Origin: Gnetum montanum
Taxonomy: Eukaryota; Plantae; Gnetophyta
NCBI GenBank assembly: GCA_015680685.1
Contig: MNCI01000312.1
Span: 335,866-399,865 of the forward strand
Direction of reading: 5' to 3'
DNA: 64,000 nucleotides
Each line of letters starts with the position of its first letter. Position 1 is the stretch's first letter. Position numbers and translations under genes: made by a program. This document shows positions 11,801-24,836 of the stretch, in pieces. A model generated the notes under the pieces. The model saw nothing but the letters and a program-made list of their open reading frames with translations, was not told the DNA's origin and made no database searches.

Positions 11801-13683
11801 ATGCGATAGTGCAGGTGAGGGTCCTCTAGTTGGCACCAAGAACATAAGTAAGGTGGATCGCTACATAGCTAAGATAGTGGGCCATCCAATGCCAAGGTCA
11901 AGAGGTTGAATCCTTTAGAGGAAGCTACCCCTAAGATTAGGAAGCCAAGCAACAAAAGGATCCAAATTAAGCTACAAAGCTTGCATGTAGATGTTGAAGG
12001 TTAGTATGCATAGATTCTTAGATGCCTTAGTTATATTCATGTAAATGTTTTTTTGTTATGCTATACTGTTAATTAGCTAATGATGTGCTATGCATACTAA
12101 GATGCTATATGTGTATATGTGTTAATTTTAGAAAAAGTAGATGGATACATGAGTAGCGACTGAGGTGGTAGCGAAGGAAGTGCCTCATCAAGTTGAGGAG
12201 GAGGAGGATCATGGAGAAGAGCCTCATGAGGAAGCAGATGCTATCTAGTAGTTGGAGGAAGAGGTGTTGATCCACCTTGATGGGGGTTATTTTGATATTT
12301 TGTTTGATGGTACACAGCTAGGTGAGCCCCTTTCACTCACGCCTAAGGGCTTGCTAGGTAATCAACTTGTATTGCCATCTATCTTCCCTTGTTTGATTTA
12401 GTATATTTATTTGTTAGAAAATATGTTAATTGCATCATTGTATTATAGCATTAGATGTTTTTTTAAGTGGTCCCACATCTACCCACCACATGGAGTCATG
12501 GGTAGAGATGCTAGATAAATTAGCCTTCATGGAAAGTGTTGTTGAAGACATGGTGGACTACTTGCAACAAGTAGACCCAAAGCTCAATATGTGTGTAATT
12601 TTTTTGTTTTATCCTATCATGCTTATTGCTTAAATGCTTAGTTTTTAGCTAATATTTTTTAGTTGTTACATGTCTATAGGTCCTAAGCTGCAGTGGGACC
12701 CAAGCAAGGTGGCCAAGGTGGATGTCCTACCTAACCTTCCTCCTGAAGTTGATCAAGTACCTCGTTACATGTACAAGACATTAAAGAAGTGTGTACTTTC
12801 CTATGTGAAGGTGTTGTGGGTTTTCATGTGCTCAAATGAGCATATTGAAAATTCATGCACAAACTTTAGAAGAGGATGACTAGCTAGGATGAGAAGATCA
12901 AGGATCTTCAATCTAGATATGACTTCATAGTGGCTAAATCATAGGAAGATGGTACCTGGTATACCTCTAAGATCAAGTATGCTAGATATTGGATAGCTCT
13001 CAGAGGTAAGAACAAGGCCATGTAGGAGCTGATAGAGCAATGGCTCTAGATGGATTTGCTCATCTAGAAAAACCATGATTAGAAGAATTACAACACAAAG
13101 GTTTATTAGTGGGAATGAATGAAAAAAAATTATAAACATTAGTACAAGCAAGAGTGCGACACATACTTGTGATGGTACAAGGAGGAGTCTATCAAATGCC
13201 ATAGCCTTGAGATGTTTCTTGAGGTGATCGACAGAAAGAAGGCATATGATTTATTTGTGAAGAGCATGGTTGTGACTGACTCTCTTGTAAGACAAATTGT
13301 CACCCCCTCTGAAGAGGCCTCTTTTGCTACATTTTTGATGGAGCTGCCTGCATGGATCATCATGAACAAAGGCAAGACCCTTATGGGCATTAAATTTTGC
13401 TAGGAGGATTGGATACAACTTGTCGAGGTTGAGATCCTTTGATGCTTAGAAGTTAGTTTTGGAAACTTGCCTTTAGAACTCATTGATGTAGGACCCTCTT
13501 AGGTTAGTTGGTTTTTATGATTTTCATGTTTTAAGTTAGCTCATATAGTGCATGTTTACATACTAATTGTGCATGTTTCTTAATGGTTGTGGTAGGTGCT
13601 AGACAATGCTGTAGGCCCCAGCAATGTAGTGCAAGAAGGAGAACTTCCACCCTCACTTAGTGCTACTAGTTGAGCATGACTAG
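8866..13683 (+). pseudogene. Multi-exon gene antisense to B-inner: FCP1/SCP-like (NIF) pseudophosphatase domain, plant-transposon-type domain, acidic exon and coiled coil
   Basis: Collinear homologue at 30795-35890 (-). Splice sites conserved in both copies: GT at 8982, 10494, 10803, 12358, 13503 and AG at 10057, 12130, 12447, 12678. Coding blocks alternate with T-rich intron-like blocks. Most stops are C-to-T/G-to-A derived. The boundaries of exons 1, 2 and 5 are tentative. Confidence 0.75.
10059..10493 (+). pseudogene. FCP1/SCP-like (HAD, NIF) domain exon, B-inner copy
   Basis: Reads LLKPILIVIELIGIL...WF*PGS*EFLE*LLQ*FSVIMWSH...QLSKVRHM...YYNKSNTLL (with frameshifts). This matches the motif order of plant FCP1-homology proteins. 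Confidence 0.72.
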
Positions 13684-13849
13684 ATGTACCTTACACTTAG
13701 CTTTGTTTTGATACATTTTTGCCATGCGATGCTATTCATGCTATGTATTGCTATGCATATTACATTTTCTGGATGATTATTTTCTATGTGTAAACTTTTA
13801 TCCTTATGTGAAAATTTTATTGCATTTTCTATGAGTGTGCAAGTTTGGG

Positions 13850-14270
13850 CCATTATGAGCCATAGAGGTACTAGGCCATTGAAAGCCATAGAAAGTTTGT
13901 TGTTAGTTTAAAGCCTTGATGGTTCCCATGCTAGTTTAAGGCCATAGTAAGAGGGCCAATACAAGTTTTTTGGCCATTTTGGGCCATTTGTTGCTAGTTT
14001 AAGGTCCTAGCGGGCCAAGGTGCTAGTTTTAGGCCATTTTGGACCATAGTAATAATAATAGTTTAGGACCATTCCAAGCCCCTGTGAAGAAATTAAAAGC
14101 AATAGTTTTATGCCATTCCAAGCTGTAGGGTTGCTAGTTTAAGCCCATATCCGACCATGTTAATAGTTTAAGGCCATTTCGGGCTATGGCGATGGAGATC
14201 AAGAGTGGTAGTTTAGAGATGTTCTGGGCCATAATGTTGCTAGTTTAAGGCCATGGCAGGCTAGGTATTA
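13850..14270. repeat. Tandem motif array (GCTAGTTTAAGGCCAT..GGGCCAT), between gag-protease and the 3' end of the antisense gene
   Basis: More than 10 degenerate units. Reverse-complement equivalents lie at 30290-30630 and 42350-42510. Confidence 0.8.
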
Positions 14271-14555
14271 CTATTTCTCTTTTTGTAATTTTTGCTTTTA
14301 TGGTTTTTATGCATTTTGATGTTTTAAAGTGATAATTATAGAAGTGTAAAATAACAAGCAAATGCCTAAACAAAGCAGATGAATGTGAGAACTAAGCAAA
14401 TAAATGCATAACCTAAGAAATAAAGCTAAATGCAGATAACATGCTACGATGCTTACCTAATGCAACACAATGCAATAGAAGTAGAGAGTAGGGTATAAGG
14501 CACGCAAAAGTGAATAGTAGACAGAAACCTAGATTGTTTTGGACTAAGGGGGTAC

Positions 14556-17500
14556 CTTAATCACATAGTTGCTTCCTAACTCATTATGGGTTAGGGGATG
14601 CATTTGGATTGGATTGCACTATTTAGTATTCTCCTTGATCCTCACTTGATATGTTAAAGGGAAACTTTTCCCAAAGTGCATCCTCCAAGAGGTCATTGGC
14701 TTTCACTACTTCTTCAAGTGCATCAACCTCATGCGTTTCCTTGTCTACCATAGGTGCATGATCAAGAAATTCAATCTTCAACCCTTGTTCTATATCCACA
14801 TTTTTTATCACCATAGGGATGTTGTTATCACCATGGATGATAACTTCACCACCTTTGTATGGAAGGTGGATATCTTGATGAATTGGAGGGAAGGTGACAA
14901 GTAACTAGGCTAGCCAAGGGCTACCTAGTCTCAAGTTAAAGCCCAACATCTCCTCTATGATGATGAATTTGACAATGGTGCGGAATTGCTCCCTCACTAC
15001 AAAAGCTATGATGACTATGCCCCTAACAATGATACATGATACATTGAAGGATTTTAGACATGTGGTTTTTGTTGGATTGACCTAGTCTGCAAGGTTAACT
15101 TATTAACGATGATGTATAGAATTACATTTGTCACTGCCCCCTTGTCAACGTGCACTCTCCAAATCTTGCATCGCTCAACATGTATGGTGATAAACATGGG
15201 AGCTATTATGACCTCACCCTTCCTAGGGTTGATCTTAATTGCTTCATCGTGAAATGATAGGGATGTGGAACTTGATTTCTGCTGTGCAGGGAGTAACATC
15301 ACTACATGGATGGTGCTCTCATTTGTAGGGATGTCTTCCATGATAGGAATGGAGGTTAACATTTGTACTAGTGCCTCGTGGTGGATAAATGAGGTCATGA
15401 TTAGGTCATACATGCTTAGTATTGTATTTTTTTGCTTGAGCATGTGCTTGACTTAGGCTAATGCATCCACAAAGTCATTGCCTTTGGTCATGTTTTTGTT
15501 GACTTTGACTTCCTTCATGCATCCTAAGAGACAAATTTCTCATGGAGGTGACTTGGGCTTTGTTAGCTTGGCCTATGCAAGGGCCTTAGTGCTTGGTTGT
15601 GATTTGTTGGTTGTGGCCTCCTTAATTGTTTTGGCCATGGGGATCATAGATATAGGGACTGGCTTTGGGGGGCCAAGCGCTCTTTGGTCTTGATGTTGCC
15701 TAATGATTCTATCTATGACATGCTCATTGGATCTCTTGGGTTGCCACCTAGAGGATCTGCTGATGTTGCCAATAGGATTGGCCCTTGGATGGAAAGGGAT
15801 TGATGCGTTGGCTACCATTGGGCTTTGGATAGGTGAAGGGATAGCATGTTGTTGCACCTTGATAATGAAAGGTATCTAAACTATTTTTGTTGTGACATGT
15901 TATGGGGTCCTAACCATAACAGGCATTATGGGTGCTTGATGTGACACTTTGATAATAAAAGGGGGCCTCAAACTTGTAGGGGCTGAGGGGTTCCTTGCAC
16001 TAACAAAGGACACATAAACCATGAATGGCTACTGCACCAGTTCCAAGTTGTCATTAAGGTTGATAGTGTTATGACATAGTTAGCATCATTTGCATTTAGA
16101 GGATTCTTGTACAACTTCATAGATTGGTTCTATGGCCTGATTGGGTTTGTAGTGTCGAGGACTAGTGTCTGTGCTATGACTAGACAACTAATGGTAATGG
16201 TAGAGATAATCTAGCCTAAAATGTTTTGGGATCCGGGGCTCATTTGGTGTCACCAAAGTGGGGTTTCTGAGTAGCTCGTAGTATCTATCATGCCTTTTAC
16301 CGGTATCCTTAGACATTTTCTTATATTGGATGCACTTAGCTTTTGACAGTTATTCTAGTAGCTCTAAGGGCTTTAGTGGTAATGAGGTGTACTTGGAGTG
16401 ATCCTTATACTCAAAGTTAGGCCTTTGATCGACTTGCATTCTGGCCATTGCAAATGGAGATACATTGGTTTTATTGGCACTAGGATTGGTAGCTTTGTTA
16501 TTGGCTGGGGATTTGGGTGGCCTAGCCATCAGCCCTTGGTTGGTTGCCTTGTCCTCTTTGTCTACTATTGCCACCATTGTAGTTTACTTTCCCTTGTCCC
16601 TATCTCTTCTTGCATGTTGGTTCAAGTAGGCCACGTAAGCTAAGTCCTTATTGGCTTTCATCACGTCCTCTATGCTCTTGGTTTGGATGAAGGCTTGGCT
16701 TAGGGATTGTGGGCCTAAGTAGTATAGTTTCAACTTTATGAAATCATTAACCGCACCCTTAAACATAGCTAAGAGATGTGACTTGGCTATGGGCTCTTGT
16801 ATTTCATCTAATGAGGCACTCCATCATTGGATGAATTTTTGCTCAGGCTCTAAGTGGCCTTGCTTGACCTACATTAGCTAGTCTAAGGTTGCTTTTGACT
16901 TTAGGTTGTACTTGAAGTGAGTCATGAACTAGCTCAAGAGGTCTTCCAGAGAGGAGATAGAGCCTCTAGACAGTTCATGGTACTACTCTAACACTTTGCC
17001 AGTCAATGACATGCCAAACCTGTGTATGATGGCATGTGGCCAAGCTTGCAATAGTAAACACTCTGACCTAAATATGACTAGATATGCATTGGGGTTTTCC
17101 TCATCATTGTACTTGGTGAACTGAGGTAGTGGGACCCTAGCTAGCAAAGTTAGAGGTGGGACTGTAGGACTTATAGGATCATCTTGGTAGAAGTCCACCG
17201 CTTTGATAGTTTTAGAGGAGGTGGCTTTGAGTCACTTTATCTCTTCTATCAAGGTTTGGATTAGTTGGAACATCTATTCTAAATTTTGGAATGCTCTAGC
17301 TAGCTACATTGGTTGTGCTATCTGCTATGTTGGTTGTGTGACCCATGACTTGGACATAAGTTGTGGAACTTGTGAGTTGCTTAATGCATTAGCTATGTTA
17401 GAGGGACAATGATTGGAGTAAGACATGAATGTGTGGGTTGGACTAATGTCAAGGATGCCAATGAAATAGGTAGAATGTAGGATGCCTAAGTCATTTGGGG

Positions 17501-17685
17501 CTTGGAGATGGGCCTTGTGAAAACATATGGTTTAGCTGGCATGATTATTGTTGGCAAAGATGGTAGGGCAGGTTGAGATGATGCCAGTAAGGATAAGTTA
17601 AAGGAAGATGTTGCATCATAATGCATGTATTATGTCTAATGGGTTGCCACTACAAGCATATATTTAAGCTTGACAGAGTGGGAAG
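14556..17685 (-). pseudogene. gag: gag-protease of B-inner (degenerate; N-terminus displaced to about 24837-25040)
   Basis: Retrotransposon gag segment VPLPQFTKYNDEENPNAYL...FGMSLTGKVLEWY, a CCHC-like region near 16170-16205, and protease motif IWRVHVDKGAVTNVI near 15140. Confidence 0.85.
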
Positions 17686-17746
17686 GTGAGTGATATCCTA
17701 TGTTCTATTCAGTGCACAAACACTTAGTCCCTGACAACGGTGCCTA

Positions 17747-18580
17747 TGATGAGTGGTGAGGTAGCCCTACACTCAACCATACAAATATGAGCGTAGCACA
17801 CATGATTCAGTCGAGCTCCGCAGACTAAGTGCCTACATGCCCCATGGAACACTTAGGGTTACTCATTCGTTGTGTTCCTAGACTTACTTGTAGTTGTCAC
17901 GGTGTATGGTTAAGTAAGTCTAAGGTATATGATTTTTATGTCTTTTTATGTTTTATGTCTCCTATGCTAACAAGGTGAAGGGTTGAGAAACTAATTACTA
18001 ACTCTAACTAATGAACTAAGTCTAAATTACCTAGCTTCAGCATCCGTTCCCACTTACCGTACACACCCTGAACCGATGCAACTGTGGCTACCAAACACTA
18101 ATCGTTGCTGGGATCACCACGCGTAACACACATGCTCGAAGTGGTCATACTAAGGAACTTAACTAGGAGAGAAGGATTGAGAGAGAAAGCAGTCAATAAT
18201 AGATAATAAATAACAAGTAATAAATAACAGTAAATAAAATCCTATTCCATGTGCTGCAAGGTTTATTCGGAAAGCTCATCTTTATTGCCGTATACAAACT
18301 TGTGTTTAGGTACAATGTTTGCTCGAATAAAGATCTGTTTACTTTGGGACTCCTACTGCGGGCACATGGAAAATATCCTATCTCTGGAGTGATCAATTTG
18401 CCAGAGTTTCCCTACTATCAAGCCTAGGATGAGGAAACAAGGGAGAGTTGCCTCTTATTTATAGATATGACAGCACACTGCGATATCGCGTATGCAATAT
18501 TGCAGGGGAAGACGCGACATCACGTACATGATATCACGAGGGATGCGATATCGCAACGGCTGGAATATCGTGTCCCATCA
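17747..18580 (-). repeat. Downstream LTR of A1
   Basis: TGATG..CATCA termini on the minus strand, highly similar to 23974-24836, preceded by a PPT. Confidence 0.9.
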
Positions 18581-20394
18581 TACCCCCATGACTAAATGAA
18601 AACTCGTCCTTGAGTTCTTTACAATAATATTAGGAAGGTATGGGATTATTGACTCAAAATGAAACTAATGGGATGACATGTGAACGGATCATCATTACAA
18701 GACACAAAAAAACTGGTGTTTAGGACAACAAGGGTGAANCTTGTTTATTTGTAAGCACGTCATCGATCTTGCTCCTTGCATAGCTGCTTCCNCAAGATTA
18801 CACCTTTCCTTGTTCATTTGTAAGCACGTCATCGATCTTGCTCCTTGCATAGCTGCTTCCAGCACTGCTCCATTCCAAATGTTCCTTCCAGATCCAATCC
18901 ATTGTTGCATTATTTCCATCTGCACACACAACATAGTCTTATATTAGCAATGGTAAATGAATCATCATGTAATTGAGACCTTGCTTCGGTGTAAGTCCAT
19001 TGGTGAGGTTGTGGTATGGATGATACGGATTTGGAGATATATTAATGATGACTACCAAAGGTTTAAGGGTTAAGAGAAAATCGAAAAAGATTAGGGCTAG
19101 GAGAAAATCGAAAAAATCGGGCCTCGTACCCCCATGACTAATCGCGAACCTTCGGTAGTGTTAAAATGGAGAAAGAAAAAGAAAAAGAAACAAGAAAGAT
19201 GAAGAAAAAGGGACAACTATAACATCGATGAAATGAATGTCAAGATGGAAATGAAAAAAATAAAATTAATTGCAAAAATATTAGGGAAAAGAATTTAACT
19301 ATTGCACCAAATAGGAATGTTAGTGGATCCTCCCCAAAGTAGGCTCATGCCCTTAATGCCCTGATAGACCCACATTCAAAGAGTCTATAGGCTCTGGGAA
19401 TGTCATTTGGAAGAAGATTTAAAGTCTTAACTGCAAGAATTTACCTAAAGGAAAATAATGCATCAACCAAAATATACACTAATGATACAACCGGAAATGA
19501 GGTGAATAATGGAGAGAAGGGTGGAGAAAAGGGTGGAGAAAAGAGAATGGAATGGAATGACAAGAACAAGGTGGTGTACAACCCCTTGTGTGTTGCATGA
19601 TTAATGTGACTTGGTAAATCTCATTCCAACTTTGGCCTCAAACCAACCACATCCAGTGACTTCGCATCAATGCATTCAGCTAATCCACAAACTTGAGTAA
19701 CAAGAATGCTTTCCCCAAGAAGCATCACCATTCCAATGAAATGAATAAAGAGAGAATGGGATGCAAGAAGGGCCTTAGTTAGAGGGAACATTTTTAGTTC
19801 CATAATTAGTTCTTGTAGCTCAAGTAATTATTTCGTCTAAGGGGTGTGCTTTGAATTCTTACTTTTTTTTTGTTTTGTTTTGTATTTTTATGCATGAGAA
19901 CCACACCATGCAAAGACTTCTTATTTTTATTGTCTCAGTTTTCGATAATTGAGTAACATCGGAATGGTAAGAAAACCCAAGAAGAAAACATCCAGGCACC
20001 CAAGAGAATGGCCAACACAAAAGCATCAAGTTCCCTTAAAGTCACACCCTTTTCAAACCTTAAGTCCTTCCTTAATTTGAGAAGTGCCCAGTCACTAGTT
20101 TGTTAAAGTTCTTATTAGGAAGGGATTGTACATTTCCAAGCCAAGAGAGACCATAGAACTTGTGGATGGATGAATGAAGTGAACTCATTACCTACCATAT
20201 CAAAAGAATATACCTTAGTATCAACATTATGACTTAAAGGTACAGACCAAACATTGGCAATCAATATGAAAACAGTTCATACCATCATGAAGAACACTTA
20301 TTGGGTGATGAACTTACATTGTGGATCACACACACACACATACACACACACAAAATGAAAAAGTATAACGATGTTGTAAAATAAAAATAAGAAA

Positions 20395-20605
20395 AGTAAA
20401 AGAAATTTGTAAAACAAAAACAAGAAAGGTTAAAGAAATTTGTAAAACAAAAATGTGTAAGACAAAAATGTGTAAAACAAAAACGTGTAAAACAAAAATG
20501 TGTAAAAAAAAAATGTATAAAACAAAAATGTGTAAAACTAAAACTTGTAAAACAAAAATGTGTAAAACAAAAACTTGTAAAACAAAAATGTGTAAAACAA
20601 AAATT
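20395..20605. repeat. 15-bp tandem repeat (AAAACAAAAATGTGT), about 12 copies, next to an assembly gap
   Basis: Directly visible. Confidence 0.9.
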
Positions 20606-21149
20606 GAAAAGAACTGAGGGCCNNNNNNNNNNNNNNNNNNNNNNNNNNNNNNNNNNNNNNNNNNNNNNNNNNNNNNNNNNNNNNNNNNNNNNNNNNNNNN
20701 NNNNNNNNNNNNNNNNNNNNNNNNNNNNNNNNNNNNNNNNNNNNNNNNNNNNNNNNNNNNNNNNNNNNNNNNNNNNNNNNNNNNNNNNNNNNNNNNNNNN
20801 NNNNNNNNNNNNNNNNNNNNNNNNNNNNNNNNNNNNNNNNNNNNNNNNNNNNNNNNNNNNNNNNNNNNNNNNNNNNNNNNNNNNNNNNNNNNNNNNNNNN
20901 NNNNNNNNNNNNNNNNNNNNNNNNNNNNNNNNNNNNNNNNNNNNNNNNNNNNNNNNNNNNNNNNNNNNNNNNNNNNNNNNNNNNNNNNNNNNNNNNNNNN
21001 NNNNNNNNNNNNNNNNNNNNNNNNNNNNNNNNNNNNNNNNNNNNNNNNNNNNNNNNNNNNNNNNNNNNNNNNNNNNNNNNNNNNNNNNNNNNNNNNNNNN
21101 NNNNNNNNNNNNNNNNNNNNNNNNNNNNNNNNNNNNNNNNNNNNNNNAG

Positions 21150-23834
21150 GTTCCAGGCTTGGTACATCTCTCGTGAAATTAGGTTGACTCTGGAACCTAA
21201 ATCAAGAAGAGCCTTATGTGGTGCATTCCTGACAATTTGTAGGTAGATTAAGGGGTTTCCAGGGTTAGTTAATTTCCTGGGAAGGTGGCCTACCTTGATC
21301 CAGTTGATTATGGTATGTGTTAACATAACTGTATGCGTACAGCTTTGTTAGATTGAAGGATGCTCCAAAGTTTTGGATGGTGGAGGAGTGTACATAGGCT
21401 CAACCTCATGTTGTTGTGAAAGTTTGTCTGGGATTTTGGTTCTGAAGAAGGATCTTTTCTTTTTACAGTTATCAGAACCAGTAGCAGGTTGAATATTTAT
21501 AGCTCTCATAGCGTTACGTTGCTATGGTTGAGTGGAGAGTTCCCCTTGCATTGTTGGAGCAGGTTGTATGGGAACTATAGGTGGAAGAGGTGTGGATGGA
21601 TTTGGAGGATGGTAAGTATGTGGGGTGCCTCCCGGAGGAGAAGGAGTCCTCCTAAAGTACTCTTGAACTTGGTAGTGATGTTGGGGAGTTGTGTGATCCA
21701 TAGAGTCACTTGGAGAAACCAGCTGCTACACATAATAGCCATAAAGATCAGGTTTCTGATAAGGGTATTATTGTTTCGGCGGTGGCATCCCCCATAACTA
21801 TGGATATTGCCACTGCTGATGTTATTCGATGGGTTGTCGTGGAGTTCCACTTGGATAGTACGTTAACGGTTGGTGGAACTGCCTTGGGTTACCTTGGGGA
21901 TAAGGTAACCTTCGGAGTGTTTTCTGTTGGTTGAGTCTTGGGTTTAGTGCATACACCCCAGACTCTTGAAGATGTGAGATGATTGGACAACATCCCTTGG
22001 GATGATCATAATGGCAAATCTCACATCCACCATCATCGTCTGTGTCTGAATCCAAAACTTCATCAGAGATAGTAAATTTTCCCTTACCCTTGTTATGTGC
22101 AGGGCTTGAATTTCTCCGCTTTATCTTACCTTTGTCACTACTTCGTTCCTCCTTAGACTCTTCTACAATTTTCAAGATAGTTTCAATTATGGAGTCTAAG
22201 GAATCCCACAATTGATCCATCTTAGCTGATACTTCTGTTGTTAGCTTTTGAATTAGCAAGGTTTTTTTGTTCACCAACTCTTCGAGTGGTGACTCATCCT
22301 CCTCATCAGAAAATTTCACTCCCTTCTTCCGAAGGGAAGGATCATGGTTGTATTCTTTCACACTCTCTCTTTTTCATAGTTCACATTCTTCTTTTTCTAC
22401 TTGTTCCAACAAGTGATGTACTTCATGGGCTCTAAGTTCTGAAAGCCTCCCTTGGGCATAAGTCCCAAGGTTTCTCCTAGTCTCATGTCTTAGCCCATCC
22501 ATGATGTCGTGAAGTTGGTCCCGTTGTGCGTAACCATGGCCCGGGCAACGATGTAACAACGCGTAGTAGCGGCCCATGGTAGCATCCAAGGGCTCATGAG
22601 TACCTTGCTTCCATCCTTGGATCTACTTACGCAAATTAGACACTCTGGAGTATGTCTAATACTTATCGTTGAAGAGTTCTAACATCGTACTCCACCTCCT
22701 AATGGTTTTCGGTTGTAAGGACCGGTACCAACTCTCTGCTTCCTTAATGAGTATCATGGGAAACAACTTAAGTTTTTGCCACTCGTTCTCTATGTTTTGC
22801 AAGGTGCAGGCATCATGAAATTCCTATAAATGATGTTGCAGATCAGTGTTGTATCCCCCCTCAAAGCATGGGATATTATTCATGTCTAAATACTTGATCC
22901 GAGTATCTTTTAAATGCCTTGTTGGAATTCTTATTGCCTCCGTTATGTCGAGCATACTTCGGGTTGCAAGTAGGGGCTCATCATGATCATCTCTTTCATG
23001 ATGCCTATGATGTCTGCGTTGTTCCCTACTTTCCCTTTGTTCATGCCCTTGTCCTCTCTCTTGATTTTCTCATTGAGGTATCTCATTTTGCCTACCTCTA
23101 TCCTCACCGTTATGCTCTCTATGACTGCACCCAGAGGTGGAAGGAGAGGGTGAATGATGTGAAGAAGGGGAAGAAGAAGAAGAACCATCACCATGATGAT
23201 GTTTCCTACCTTCACTTCGGTTGCTACGGCCTTGATTGTGATGACGATCAAAGTGCCTGTCCTTATTGTATGTTGTTGTTCCCTCAGTGAACAGCTAGTG
23301 TTCACGGGGATCAGAACCAGGGTTATTAATTGTTGAGCGTAGGTTTTGATACCCCACCTCCTCACCATCATTAGAAAGGGGAACATCATTTGATAGAGAA
23401 CCTGTTATAATGGGTTCATCTCTGTTTTCACTTAGGACGTACGAGACCTCTTTTTCCTTCAACAGTGTATGTTGGCTCTCCTGCCTTAAGTCCCTCATAT
23501 GTTGTAAAGCTATGGGATGGTAATCCCTCATGTCAAAATTTTCTACAACGTATTCAACATATAATTTTGTCGTGCCAATCTGTGCCAAAGCATAGAGAAG
23601 CATGTTTGGGATTGCACGATCTGGAGGTAACATGATGTTACCTTGCAAATCTCTCCAGCGCATCTGTTCGTATTGATGGAGGATAAAGGTAAAGTCAGGT
23701 ATATACTCATCGGGATGAGTATAGACTATATGGTATTGTTGAGGACTTGGTTGATTTCGGTTATGTGTTTTTGGTTGCTGACTATTTCATGTATTATCCC
23801 TAGGTGGTGAGTTTCTTTTGTTAGAAGAAGACAT
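21150..23834 (-). pseudogene. gag: gag-protease of A1 (frameshifted), with a long N-terminal extension
   Basis: ATG at 23834 is in frame with ORF 23295-23663. Gag core reads KLSCFPMILIKEAESWYRSLQP...RYYALLHRCPGHG. Protease motif lies near 21190-21215. Confidence 0.82.
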
Positions 23835-23973
23835 TGTTATTTATCAGTGTGCTAATTACCATTATATAAGTTTTCTTAATTAACTTGAAGGTTTGTTTAG
23901 ACTCCCAATGATGTGAGTGATATCCTATGTTCTATTCAGTGCACAAACACTTAGTCCCTGCCAACGGTGCCTA

Positions 23974-24836
23974 TGATGAGTGGCGAGGTACCCCTACACT
24001 CAACCATACAAATATGAGTGTAGCATGTGTGATTCAGTTGAACTCCATAGACTAAGTACCTACACGCCCCATGGAACACTTAGGGTTAATCATTCGTTGT
24101 GTTCCCAAACTTACTTGTAGTTGTCACAGTGTATGGTTAAGTCTGAGGTATATGATTTTTATGTCTTTTTATGTTTTATGTCTCCTATGCTAACAAGGTG
24201 AAGGGTTGAGAAACTAATTACTAACTCTAACTAATGAACTAAGTCTAAATACCTAGCGTCAGCATCCATTCCCACTTACCGTATACACCCTGAACTAATG
24301 CAATTGTGGATACCAAACACTAATCGTTGCTGGGATCACCACGCGTAACACACGTGCTCGAAGTGGTCGTACTAAGGAACTTAACTAGGAGAGAAGGGTT
24401 GAGAGAGAAAGAAATCAATAATAGATAATAAATAACAAGTAATAAATAATAGTAAATAAAATCCTATTCCATGTGTTGCAAGGTTTATTCAGAAAGCTCA
24501 TCTTTATTGCCGTACACAAACTTGTGTTTAGGTACAATGTTTGCTCAAATAAAGATCTGTTTACTTTGGGACTCCTACTATGGGCACATGGAAAATATCC
24601 TATCTCTGGAGTGATCAATTTGCTAGAGTTTCCCTACTGTCTAGCCTAGGATGAGGAAACAAGGGAGAGCCGCCTCTTATTTATAGATATGATGCCGCAC
24701 CGCGATATCGCAGGGGAAGACATGATATCGCGAGGGATGCAATATCGCGACGGCCATGATATCGTGTATGCGATATCGCGACGGCTGTGATATTGTGTAT
24801 GCGATATCGCGGCCCATGCAATATCGTGTCCCATCA
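23974..24836 (-). repeat. 5' LTR of A1
   Basis: Followed on the minus strand by PBS TAGGCACCGTTGGCAGGGA. Confidence 0.9.

Larger units (their letters stand above)
17686..24836 (-). mobile_element. Athila-like element 'A1' (gag-protease, no RT/INT seen), nested in B-inner gag, with an extra PBS and leader after its 3' LTR
   Basis: LTRs 23974-24836 and 17747-18580, PBS 23955-23973 (tRNA-Asp type, degenerate), PPT 18581-18594, gag zinc motif CEICHYDHPKGCC and protease ALLDLGSRVNLIS. Confidence 0.88.

Noticed and set aside
8866-13683. Interpreting the intron-containing gene as a resident host gene
   Set aside because: It lies between the two LTRs of a TSD-flanked element and recurs at the same position in a second insertion.
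18739-18860. Duplicated ~53-bp segment within the small ORF 18695-18934
   Set aside because: The first copy is bounded by single Ns, so it is most likely a contig-join artefact.
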